Origin: Phoronis australis
Taxonomy: Eukaryota; Animalia; Phoronida
Direction: 5' to 3'
NCBI GenBank assembly: GCA_002633005.1
Contig: NMRA01000204.1
Location: 4,260-68,259, forward strand
DNA length: 64,000 nt
Shown here: positions 45,435 to 58,300 of the stretch, piece after piece
Position numbering within the stretch: the stretch's first letter is position 1
How the letters are laid out: each line of letters begins with the position of its first letter
The notes under the pieces: model-generated
The model's input: only the letters and a program-made list of their open reading frames with translations
Told to the model about the DNA's origin: nothing
Database searches by the model: none
Translations under genes and position numbers: made by a program

Positions 45435-48400
45435 TCGTCTAAAGCAATTAGCGGCAAATCAGTTTTTCTCAAATCTAGAAATTGTTTCTAACCTGAGTAG
45501 GGCACAAGATGAAAACCTTGTAAATATCCTGACTCATAAAACATTCATTGACAGGAAGAACAAGTTTATTATCCCCTTAATAAGAAGTGGAAATTGCACC
45601 ATGCACAGGTGAAGTCTGCCCAGGTAGATATATTTGTGAACTCCTTTAGTTTATTGCAAATAGGCTGTAAATCTCAAGATTGTATGCTCACATTGTTAAC
45701 AAATTACACATCTTGCGGTATTTACATAAAATACTTGAAATTGCAAATTTTGCACAGAGAAATTTTATGCTAGCAGTATTGTGATTTCTGGTAGAAGATA
45801 CCGGTAAATAGTAACTCTACGCTGACAATTTTTTCAAACAATTGGGGGTTGATCTATTAAGTCCCAGAAAAAGTAAGTCAGATCCAACCGGATCTTTAAG
45901 TTTTCATTGGAGTTGAGTGAAATGCTACTTGTCCTTAAGGGCCGAATACATGATACATTTGACCCTGATGCATAATGTAATGTTCAGTGGTCACACCCAC
46001 ATCATTTTCAGTTCGTGAGTAGTCAAAAGTTCGAGTTCTGCAATAATTATACTATAATGTATGCATGCACAGCGACCTAATTATAATATAATGCCATATC
46101 CAGGCATACACCCAATTCATGACAAATCTGATTATTGGAATGTGTTTGTGACAGGTTTTCATGGTTTATTTAGCTTAGGTGTTTCCTGTACATGTTCAGT
46201 TTAAAGTTATTAATTGCTACCTCTTGACATATATTTACAAATCATCCCAGCCCAAGCTAATCTTCCCCATTGGTTAGTTTTATATTTGGCGCACATTCTG
46301 ATTGGTGGAATAGTTTCACTTGCATGTTATATGTTATATCCTTATACTATATCACCCGTAGCTTTTAATACATCATACCGAACACAAGCACTTTTCTCTT
46401 CGAACCACCTCGGGATTTATTCATACACAATATAACCCACACTGATCAAAGTCAAAAATTCAATGCATTTGGAAGGACATCTTCCAGAACATTGTGAATG
46501 TGAGTCAAGACTACATGTGCTGTTGCGGTATGCGGTTTTGGGCTAAATTTCGTATTTAAGTTCAAGGGATATTGAAAAATATTAGTAATGGGAATGCAAA
46601 AACAAAGAAATTTATGTTGAATGATAAGCACATTTTCTCCATGTTGTGCAAAAATCCAGTTTAAAGTGCTTAAAACCGCCATTACCTTGTGACTACATCG
46701 TCAGCATCATTGAACTTTGCTTTATAGCAATGCATATCGCGATCGTGAATTCAATATCCTAAAAACGAGAAAACAGAAGAAAAGCGACTGTAGCTCGACG
46801 GACACGAATGTGACCCAATAAAAGTAATCAGCGTCAGAGTGTCATGTCCGCCATATTCACGCTTCTCCAATGTCCCGTGGGACAGTGAAAGGGATTAAGG
46901 CGTAATCAAACCCTAATTTGTCACAACCACCACAAGCGCAAGGTCTCGCCATTCCTTATACCATAAACCACGGGGAAAACGAGCAGCTTTTCTGACGACT
47001 TCTCACACTTAACACAATGGAAGATGACTAGGGCTGTGATTGGTTCTCCTGATATGTATCAACCAATAAATGCTCGGAGCCTGAGATCAGCTAATCAACA
47101 TATCGTCAGCTAGTGTTTGCGGGTGTTCTAATTTGATAGTTGATCGACTGGTAGGGTTGTTTTTGGTGTTTTTGAAATGAAATTGGTGATTTGAAGCACT
47201 TTAAAAAGTCTATCTCACACCTGAGGCTTTAACATAGAATCAATGCAGGAACAACCAGAGGAACTTATGTGCATTTGACTTACATTTTATTGGAATTGGT
47301 AGCATCAAAAATAAGCCATTCAAATTTTATATATATATGTATGTAGGTATGTATTATTTGACATAACTCGTTCGTCAAGACAAAATTTGTTGAAATCATG
47401 ACTGTTGTGAACGTTATTATAACAACGCTTTCACAAACAAACTGTAGGCAATATGGAACAAATCGACTGGTTGACTGCAACACAACGCACTGCAAACAAT
47501 GTAGGAAATAAGGTTCAATGTCTATGGGTCAAACCATTGGCCAGAAAACTGGACTGATTAGACCAGGTATGTCCTATCAATTAGGACACCACCTAGAACT
47601 AAATTTAGCAAAGTCTACCTTGATTACGGGTGATTATCGCTGATTGAGAGGGACATTATTGACAGCAAAGGAATGAAACACTTGTGTACCTGAGCTTAGT
47701 ACTGTCGCAATGAATCACCCGTAAAGATCATACTTTGACAAACAGTAAAATGACAAAATACATTCACGTAGAAAAATAATTGCCAAATTTCAAATTTTTA
47801 TATCTTGCAAAGGTTGATTACTTTCACTAGGTGTTCTTTTGAATGGTAAAATCCCTCCTATTTAGGACAAATAATGATCGAACAATATTTAGAATTACGT
47901 TCTAGGGTTTTTATATGATTCCACTTGTTTTTAAATGTATCAGTTGTGGTGTTTTCTTAAAAACTACAATTAATGTGACTAGTACATTTGTACAGCTCTC
48001 CAGGAAGTCATGATCACTAGGTGAGGCTTGCTACAAATTTAAATATTCAGTTTTAACGCGACACAGTATCCTTACCCTTAAGCACAGTGCAACGACTGAT
48101 AAAGAAATGCCCGAGCTTCACAATAAATTTTTCACCAAAGTGACATTATGATCGAAATGCACACATTAGCTAAAGATACAGTAAAATCCTACCAAGGAGA
48201 CTTAATAGCGAAGAATTTAAATTTCCTGATTTTTATTTAAAAGATATGTAGTGCTGCCACAAGGCAAGGCTATGGAAACTTTGTGGATAGTCACACTAAA
48301 GAAAAAGGTCAGTATTGGCAATTGTTTTTGTCCGAAATTGGGGAGTTTTTACTATAATATGGCCAAACAATGAGGAATTAAACTGACCATTGTGTTAAAA

Positions 48401-51400
48401 ATGCAAGCGCAGTGACTAACATTCCAACATTTACATGAGCTCTAACTAAATATTTCATGGTCATTTTGAAACCACCCTGAAATTCTGATCTCTGTAAGGA
48501 TTTGAAGAATTACCTAGGTTTCTATTTTTGTTGCAGCTCACTGCTGACTACGGTAAAGTCTGTGTTCTGGGAAAGCAACCCTGGACAAGTTTAATCACAC
48601 CTACAGATGGATTGGCAATTAGGAAGTGATTTAGCAACAAGGAGAGTGGATCAGACAACTCCAACAGGACACTGAATAAACATAATGCTTTTGAAACTTC
48701 AGTTATTTAAATGCCTAAAAAATCTCCATTACCAATTTGGCAACACTCCCTGTTGTAAGCAGAAGTTTTAAATACAGGTAGTGTAGTCAATTTATGGCTA
48801 TAAAGCGATATTTCTTTCTGCCCTGGAATTCTGGTTTTCTCTAACCATGCGTAATTTTCATACTAAATATATTGTATTCAATTTTACAGATGATGACATC
48901 GAGATAATAAACTTTATGTATAACAAATGAATGAAGTATCATCAAAACTGTTGCCAATACTGACTGTACTCCTTAAAAGGAAACATACCATGCACACTTG
49001 TAAAATCTAGAACCTTAAATAATCCTGTTCTTGGAGCATATTCACATAACCCCATTTTATTGACCCTGAGGTCATCCATCCTAAGTCATGGACACTCCAA
49101 TGTACACAGAGTACAGATAATAGTCTACAAAGTTAAAACATCAAGCTTTGCTAATTAGTAAACAGGACGATTTAAAATCTCCAGAGTACACTAAATGAAG
49201 TACATTGGAATGTCAGTAACACACAACATCAGGCAATAGTTATATCGCAGATCAGAGCCACTTTCCCTGATCACCATGTCAAGGAGCTACTTGCTTGAAC
49301 ATCCTATTGTCCAGCCTTCCATGGAACACAGATACAGTGGATAGCCACAAGACAGACATTAGCCTGCAAACAGAGTAGCTGGGCAGTAGCCCCTCTCATC
49401 CTATGCAGAATTTGTAAACACAACAGTGATTTCAGTTACCACTGGTAATTGGTTTACTAGGCACTGCCTGGCAGGATTGATGAATATGGGAGTAGTGTAC
49501 AGCCATCACTAAACAAGATTTAGTAGTATTTTGAGACCTTGCAGTAATGTGAAACTAAAACTTTGAGTAACGGAAAAAAGGAAAAAACGCAGGGTTTGCC
49601 ACAAATAGGCACCGTTAAAGAATCATCACTTAGAGCAAAAAACTGAAACCGCACTTGCTATCTAAAAGTGGCCACAAAAGGAATAATTTACAGAAAATAT
49701 TTCAGTAACAAGCACTGCAATACATGTTTCCAAGGACTGTAATTTTGTGAGATTCAATTATTTTTAAGAAATAGTTATGTGGACAGTAACGCCAATGTTC
49801 TGACTTAAGGTAATTTAAGTCTTAAATTACTTTTCATTAAACAGATGGCCATGTTAGAAGGTTTCAGACAACAGAGAATAGCAAATTCGGATTTTAAGTT
49901 AGCATGACAAATCATAACACAAATGCTACAAGTACAGAAGATCCGCAAAGCAATGTGCACGGACACAGAAAGAAATACACGCGTATAATTCAGTTCAGAA
50001 AATGAAATCTTTTCCAAGGTCATTCGCTCTTTCACCAGAGATGCAACAAATTTTGATACAAGAATTATTCTATGAGGCCATAAAATAATGCAGAAGACTA
50101 CATTGACTTTCATAATAATCGCCTGTGTGATCCTGGCCACATCACAGAATGGTGTCAGCCTTGACATTTACTCAGCAGTGTTTTATGAAAGATGACTAAG
50201 GGTCGTAAGTCAAACTCAATCGTCTCAGACGAGGCGAATTTTGATCTGGAAAAAACATGCAAAACCTCTCTTGCCATGAAAAGAATGCCTGTTGGATGTG
50301 TTGTGAAAGAACGCAGTTGACACCTAGTCTAATTAGTCGGCGTTTCACCGCACACATTTGCATGGACCACAAGCCGAGACAACGATGAGAAAATCCACTC
50401 GACTGTCAAGTTCCATCTGAAATTGGACAGTGTCTTACAGTACTAGTCAGTCTAACTTTGTAAGCCAACACTAGATAGAGCTTGCATTACTGAAATCCAG
50501 TCACAGTTATCTCCCTTTCAGACGGAAAAGCATAACATCTTATAACATCAAAAAAGCCCAGCATCGTGTAACATCTGGCATCAAAACCAACGCCAAGTGA
50601 CAATTTATGTTCCTGATAACAGAGCTTCATTTCTCTTGCTTCTCTTACTAGTGCACCTAAATTTGCCAATCTCAATTGATAACAGGTCTTCGCTGAACTG
50701 CATTTGAGCAGACGTATCGTCAACTGCCACAAAATGTTGCTTCTTAGCGAGCCGACTCTCAGTCGAGCCAGTCTCGCCACCTAGTGACTGACTACTCTGT
50801 GACATGTAACTATTGATGCACTACTGAAAATCACCATTGATTCGCTTTGCATTTTTGCATAACTAGGAAGAGAATCAAAATCTACTTGGTACCCTAATGA
50901 AAATAACCTAAATGCGGGTTGCTGATTAATACATAACTGAATAGTTGATCTTACAAGCCAAAGTTGATTGCAGTGTCAGGCAAGAAATCCTCCACAACTT
51001 ATCGATTGATGGACCTGCTTGTAAATTCCCTCGCCTGCACAGAATAGTAGTTGTGGAAATTTTGAAAATTAATTCAGAAGTGAGGTTCAATTCTAGATCA
51101 GTTTTGAGTGACATTGTCACCGAGTACAGGCAGGATGTTCTCTATGATACGCAATCAAACCGGTGCAAAACACGCAGGTTCCGTTTCTCTAGCTAACGGC
51201 AAAAGATCGCCTAAGGGACCACAAGACTTGTGGTTTACGAACAACCAAATCACGTACAAGCTGGCTTAGGTCTTGACAACTGAACAGGGCTCGTCACTAA
51301 TATATCAGGGCGCAGGGACAAATTTATGAACTCCTCCTCGACTCTGACTGAAAATTTAACCAATCACGCTGCATCATTCGAGTACAAATTAGTAAGTTTA

Positions 51401-51930
51401 CTCCAAACATGTCATGCACTTGATCAATATTTGAGTCAAGTTTCAAGTACAGAGAATAGAACTCCAACCAAGAAGTCCTTTTACAAAGACTCATCTTTTC
51501 ACAATCAATAACAATTATTATTGCTAGATCAAGTATTGATGCTTTTCCACATCACAACAATTTTCCATATTTCAAAGACTCAATTCTCTGTTGAACCAGT
51601 GCATTTTCTTACCCTGCCTTCAACCAGCACGGCTTACACACTGTCCAATGTTCTCCACAACCTTTTTTCGACCGGTCAGTGCCACAAGTTTGAATTACAT
51701 CAAGACAAGTTTGGCTTATTCGTGCAGTTTGAAAACATACAAGTTTAAAATGTTGAGAGATTAGTAATTTCTTAAGCAAATTTGGTCATTTTGGATTGTA
51801 GTACCAGTTCAATACATTTATACAAGGAGTTAACGCACTAACTCACCACAATATGGACACAGGCTTTCAAACTCCAAGTTTGTAATTCAGTTGAGTGAAT
51901 TTTCTACAGTGGAGAACACTGATGTCACAA

Positions 51931-52155
51931 GTACTAACATGTTGAAAGGTCACATGTACTAACATGTTGAAAGGTCACACGTACTAACATGTTGAAAGGT
52001 CACATGTTCTAACATGTTGAAAGGTCACATGTTCTAACATGTTGAAAGGTCACATGTACTAACATATTGAAAGGTCACATGTTCTCCCATGTTGAAAGGT
52101 CACATGTACAAACATGTTGAAAGGTCACATGTAAAAACTTGTTGAAAGGACACAA
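51931..52155. repeat. 25-bp minisatellite GTACTAACATGTTGAAAGGTCACAT, 9 copies
   Basis: Nine in-register units counted with no indels; the last is degenerate. Confidence 0.95.
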
Positions 52156-52224
52156 CATATCAACTACACAGCTAAACCAACCACAATAAAGGGACTTGTC
52201 AAATGAAAGTGCAGTCCACACTAT

Positions 52225-52709
52225 AGACCCTTTCATACAGTAAGAGCAAAAGCCTCCACATACACTGTGAAGTTAGTTGAATCGTTCATACCTGCTTTGC
52301 TAGTTAATGGCATCGAAGTGACGCTGTCGTTTTCGAAGTAATTGCAAGGTAGCGCTGATGCATCCCTTGCACGCTAACATTTTTTTGGTAACAATTTGAG
52401 AACATTTACATGTACGAACTGACATAAAACTTATTTGTAATTGGATTGGTGATTATTCGAGCAAAATATGAGCAACTATTGGTGATGACATTGCCCTTTA
52501 ATTGTTGACGATAGCAGTGGCCCATCAATAACTCGAATGAGACCGAAGTTGACCATTCATACCACACCGCTGCGTCAACTGTCCGCTGTAAAATCTACCT
52601 GTCTACTGCAAAGTTAAGTGGAGCTGTGGATCTTAGATCGAAGTTAACCGTTCATACTGATCACAACTCCCCAAAACATCGACAAGTAGACGTTAGTATG
52701 AAAGGGCCT
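52225..52709. mobile_element. MITE with CCCTTTCATAC TIRs
   Basis: AGACCCTTTCATAC / GTATGAAAGGGCCT termini; internal GAAGTT.ACC.TTCATAC repeats. Confidence 0.72.
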
Positions 52710-55223
52710 CATGAGTTACTCCTGGAAAGAGATATCCCAATGTTTAGATGTAGTGTAGACACTACTTGCGCTGGGACAACTTGTTACACGTGACAAAGTA
52801 CTCCAACTTTCATCAAGGTAGGGTAACTAGTTTCAAGATAACTTGCTCCAGCCCATGTCGTAGTGTGGACCCAAACCTGCAGGCAAGGCAGAAGTGTCCA
52901 GCTGTACTCTAGCTCAGTTACAATTATAGGGACATCTAATCATTTTTGCACCCTACTTATCGCAAGGCGTAGAGTTTGTAGTATCAGCACTCGTCTAAAC
53001 GTGGATAAGTTAACCTAAGGCAACTCGTAGTGTGGACCCTACTGAATAGACGTGAAGCTACTGCCAAACGAACTTTTCACAAATGGACCCCTAGGTCTAA
53101 ACTGTGTGTTCAAAACTTGGACTTGAAAACTGACAATTGCACAGCACGCTTCAAATAAATTAATACATTTGTACTCAAGTAATGTGACATGATCGATTAA
53201 GTTTCCAGCCCGAGTCCCCATCATTCAGTACGAGTTCAAGAATTACATCCAGGGCCCAGGATCAAAATAGAACAGTTACGTATATGACATAGATCATGGA
53301 CTTAACACCAGTCCATGATTACTCATGTGGTAGGAATGCCAATACAAAGAGTCTATTTAAACCTAGATTCTGTTGAAATTAACTTTAGACTTATTCCACT
53401 TAAAAACAGGTCTCAATTGGTTCATTGTAAACTTTTAAAAGTGATTTTTGGTCTTGGAAAGAACTGACAGCTCGCTAAGACTCTTGGTATAAAATAACGT
53501 GCCGTGACAAGTCAACTTCTAGAGCCTCATTTCACAAATAACGAACTGTTCTTTCTAAGAAATTTCATTTATTCTGACTGAGGAACATTTTAAGACCAAA
53601 TTCATAAAGGCAAGTGGTCTAACTACAATGTAAGATTGTGTATCAGAAGACACTAACACGACGGGCCCATTCCAAGAACACTCAAATTTCAGCCAATTTT
53701 ACGATAAAACTTAAATTTGTCTTAAATCCGTTTCAAAAAAGAGATCTTAAGTTTTTCTTCACCAGTGAAACAAGAACACCTGAATTGGCATATAAGTGGT
53801 GAATTGTTCTGAAATTTGACTTGTCACAATTTAATCTTCCAAGCATTAAGCACACCTGTCATATGGGGGCAATAGATCACACTGATATGACCAACATCAA
53901 ATCGAATGACTAATTTTAGCTTTAAACTGATGACCAGAAGTCTGATAGGTGGTTACACAGTGTGTCTAATATCATCTAGGTACACAGACACTCAACCGCC
54001 ACCAGCAGAGAAGTGAAAGGTCTGAGTATTTCTGATATTAACACAACAAGACCTTCCTGTACTGAAATCTCTTCTGTAGTGGAGGTACAAAAAAGCAGTC
54101 ACTCCTGAGTTGATTAACACAGGAAGCATACCTAGCACTGATATTACATGGCCGTTTCTTTAATTTGTAGGTGCCCGGATTGCCAATCCAAATACGATAC
54201 AAGAATGCCTGCTTAGAACACAGATGAATTACATAACAATTAGGATACGACATTGTGAATAGAAGCTTGACACATGTTGAATTCTGGTCCAATACCTAAG
54301 AATTAGAATGGTGTTGTTCTATTTTAATGACGAGCCTCTTGCTGTTACTCTACAGGGTTGATCTGGGCCGAGTTGAAGCTGCAAGAAGCTCTTGAAAGAA
54401 GCTGGTGTGATCACTTACTTCACTTGTAATACATCTCGCAATCTTGAACGATCTTGCCTTTTCGAGAGCGTCTTACTTCTACGAAACGCATGCCTCGTTT
54501 TCAGAAAACAAGGTGGTCCCCATTTTAGAGAAACTTTCTTTGACGATGGATTTGGAAAATGGCTCATAAAATATTCAATTAGCAACTTCATTTTCCAAGA
54601 TATCAATTGACTAACAGAGTACTTTTCATTTTAATAACATACACTTTTTGCTTCAGTATTAGGTACAATACAGGCACTAGTTCCTGGTGCCCACCAGTAA
54701 GCAAACACCCCCACACCCAGTCCACAAACACAGCATCGGGTGCAAGTGACCCTGCAGAAAAGATTAAGATGACACAACTTGACACTGGTGCAATAACTTG
54801 ACCCATCTTAGAAAAGAAATGCAACCAATGAAATTGCCTCCATGCCAGCGTCAAACAGACAGAAACAGTTTCATGAAGGAAGTAATTATCAAGTTCGTAC
54901 AAGCATGCACAGCGAAGTTTACACAGCTCTACTTTCCTCTGGTGACACCTACAGGACATCATGTGAACTGCTCAGTTCAACTACCCTGAAGGAAGTTGTA
55001 GGCTACCTGACAATCTGGACACAGCTTCGGTTAGAAGAGCAACCAAAACTTCAGAGCGTCACTTGTCTATATATGGTGCGTGACAGAGAAGATGATGGTG
55101 ATGACAAGGAAGAAGTTGAGTTGATCCAACGTACTATATCAGATACATCTGAGCTCAAAAAGAGCTTTAACCCAGTCGGTAACATACAGCATTAACTTAA
55201 GGAAAATACACAAACTTACGTAC

Positions 55224-55326
55224 TTTCTAATGGAACACTCTCTGCATTTTTGACTTCATCCCGGTCCAAATAACTCTGGAATGTCACCAATGATGGAGAA
55301 GAAACAGCTAAAGCTAGACCCTTCAT
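55224..55326 (-). CDS. Candidate upstream first coding exon of TBC1D24 (MKGLALAVSSPSLVTFQSYLDRDEVKNAESVPLE)
   Basis: ATG in accatcATG context; acceptor tatag just above 55346; phase-1 donor A|gtacgt matches the phase-1 acceptor at 42655 and would give a 603-aa protein. No homology evidence. Confidence 0.45.
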
Positions 55327-58300
55327 GATGGTCTCAAGTCTCAACACTATAGAATTCTAGTCAAGGTAGAAAATGACTGTGACCACAGACGGAGACAAAG
55401 TTCACATGAGTGAGCAAACTGAACAGCGATTCGGTCATCAAATAATCCTCACAGAAGTCGATGTCAGTTTTTAAGCAAAAGAGTATCAAAAAATTTCAAC
55501 ACAGTCCTGCAACTTTTGATAGTTACAATACAAACAATTCCTGTCATGAAGACACCACAAGTTCTGGCGAGGACTAGATTTGAAGTGACATTCAACACCG
55601 CTCACAAGAGTGATATCAGTTTTAGCTTAATCTATATCTCCCATTGTGATAACAGGTTTTCCAGATGAAGAACAATAACAGTTGATCAGCTGTTTACTGG
55701 CCTGCTATCAGCATACTTCAGTGTCCTGTCATACTCATAGGTAAACATGTGGATCAGATAAGGAATTTTTCAAGAGGGAGGGCATAACCAGGGGCATCGA
55801 AAGTGGAGCAAATAAAATGACTTTTGGCCAGTGGGAGACTTAAGGAAGTCATGGCTATACCAGTGCAGAGGTGTACGTCGGTGTTGCTCAGAAGGGTACA
55901 TTACAACAACCAGTTTCCCAGTGTGTGTTTTTGGCAAAATTCCCAACAAAAGGTTGCCTTTCCAATCCAATTTCTGAGTGACTTCTAGAATTCAAAACAT
56001 AACAGGTCCCTTTTTTTCCAACTAATCAAATCTACAGAAGGGTTTTTGATATTGTCTATATTTTTAAAAATTTAGTTGTAAAAGGTTTACTCACTTTTAA
56101 AACTTCTTACTTTACTGCTTCCGGTTTATTATGTTAACAATACAACTGTCTAATCCCTATTCAAGTTAAGGGTTCATAGAATTGACCCCTACAAAACTGT
56201 GATCTTTCAGGAACAAAAAGGATCTTTCATGCATGCTACCTACAAATTGGTCTCTTTCTTCCGAGCTCACCCTCTAAATGGGCGAGGGGATCTTAATTTT
56301 CCAGCTACACCCCAATAAAAAATAAAATCGTACCTCTTCGTTATACCTCAGTGTGAAGTCCTCAATACAGGTGAGACAGGTAGATTACTCGTGCCCTTTT
56401 AGTGTACTTTAATTTCCAGGTGAGAGAGACACCACCAACTCTATTCAAGACAACAGACCTTCACAAATGTTCCCAGTACAAAATTACAAAATAAGATCAT
56501 TCTATTCAGTTTTCACAAACGAATAAAATTTCAAAGTCGCACAGGATGATACGGCACCTAGTCCACCCAAGGTTGTGGCAATGAACCCATTTACAGTAAC
56601 ATGTCTTGAACTTGGGATGAAGTTAATTACTAAAATTGTCATTTTTGAAAGACTCAGTACGTTGTTGCAAATGCCCAGAATATTATTATGGTAAATTCTC
56701 CTAATATTCAAACAAAAATGATTAACAATATCCTTTTTTCATTTTTCAAATGCTCACCATATTGCCAAATCCGTTCAAAATTTCATGAGTTCGTTAAAGA
56801 CAGGTCTACTAAGTAAAATCATCTTCTTGCTTACTCTAGTTGAAACTTCTGATAAAATAAAAAAATTCCGTTCTACCATAATGTGAAAAATAGGGACAGA
56901 ATCAAATTCTGATATGTCCACAATAATGTGTTTCAAATTGAAGAATTCTTAACCTGCTAAAGCCATGTCTTTTATCCACGGATAAATACTTAGATGACCT
57001 ATCAACGCCGAACTATCAACGCCAACTTACGCAGTTTTCGACCTCAGCCACTGAACAAAATGTCAGTGATTATTAAGTAACTAAATCCTTTAACCTTGGT
57101 AAAAACAGTCAAGACCAGTGGTGGCAATCAGAAAATTTAAATCATACTGAATTATCGGAAACCATTTCCGCTTCGCGAATTGTTCCTGCATCGGCTTTGA
57201 GTGACATTGTCAGAGTACTGCCAAGACTAGGTACTCTTAACAATGAGAGATGAGAAAATCCCCGGGTAATTTTACGACTTAAAATTGTTTTGGGAAACTG
57301 CCATTTATAAGCATAATCTCAAATACCACAAGACATACTGCACGCTTGGCAATGTCAATTAAACTTTACTATGTAGGGAAAACTACATATGTCAACAGGA
57401 AACATGTTTCAGAAATTGGAAAATATCCAAGCCTGCGGATAATAAAAAGCAATGCCTTTCACGTGACTCGGCTAATCTGATTCTACAATTTCTTTCCATA
57501 ATAGAACCAGATGATAGGTACAAACATACAACTGACATGAAAATGAAGAACAGCATTTAAAACATGCTACGGTAAAATGTAACCAATTTAGAACATACGA
57601 TGGGCTGTAAGAGAATTGTTATTTTCTTGTTTTTCATAAAAGATAAACAGCATCAAGGAAATGTTATAACATTAAAAAAATATAATTACTGTAAAAATGG
57701 ATTAGGAGGCCTACTTTTCCAAAGATAGTCCGATTTTTTACTTTTAAAAACGAAATGCAGATGAGATAAGTACATTTGGTTTATGAAATTGAGTTTTCGG
57801 TGAAATGCATGCCTCTGTTTGTGTTATGTGTCACTGGAGATTTCTGTCTTTGTACCGTTCATTATTATCTCAATGATAAAAAATGCGTTATCAGCATACC
57901 TTCATGTTCGATACCACAGCTCTCCTCAGAGAACGTTTTGTGAAATTTGTGGCACTCACTCACACATCAATGTTAGACGCCTTAGAAAATGAAAAAAGGG
58001 ACAATTTTGGCATTTTTTTTACAAAATTCGTGAAATTTTACACTACAGGTTTAACAGATTATGTAAATCATATTTGATAGTAAATCGTCTCAAGGGGAGC
58101 ACTCTTATGAATCATTGACCCGAAAGCCACGTATCACTGACTTTTATCTTTAGAAGTGAATAATAACTACATGTTTGTTAAAGCCACCTGACATCTATCA
58201 TGCAGTCATCTTTGAAATCGACTGAAAAACAAGATCCAATCAAGTGCACGTCACCTTTAAAACAGGACACAGATTACACTAAGACGCGAGAAGTATGCAT

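Noticed and set aside
51931-52155. Regular short repeats (also 30740-31080) as a CRISPR array
   Set aside because: Units are head-to-tail with no unique spacers, there are no cas genes, and the context is a eukaryotic intron.
54842-55195. 117-aa plus-strand ORF with an acidic patch (DREDDGDDKEEVE)
   Set aside because: No recognisable domain or exon partners; it lies antisense within the probable TBC1D24 5' region.
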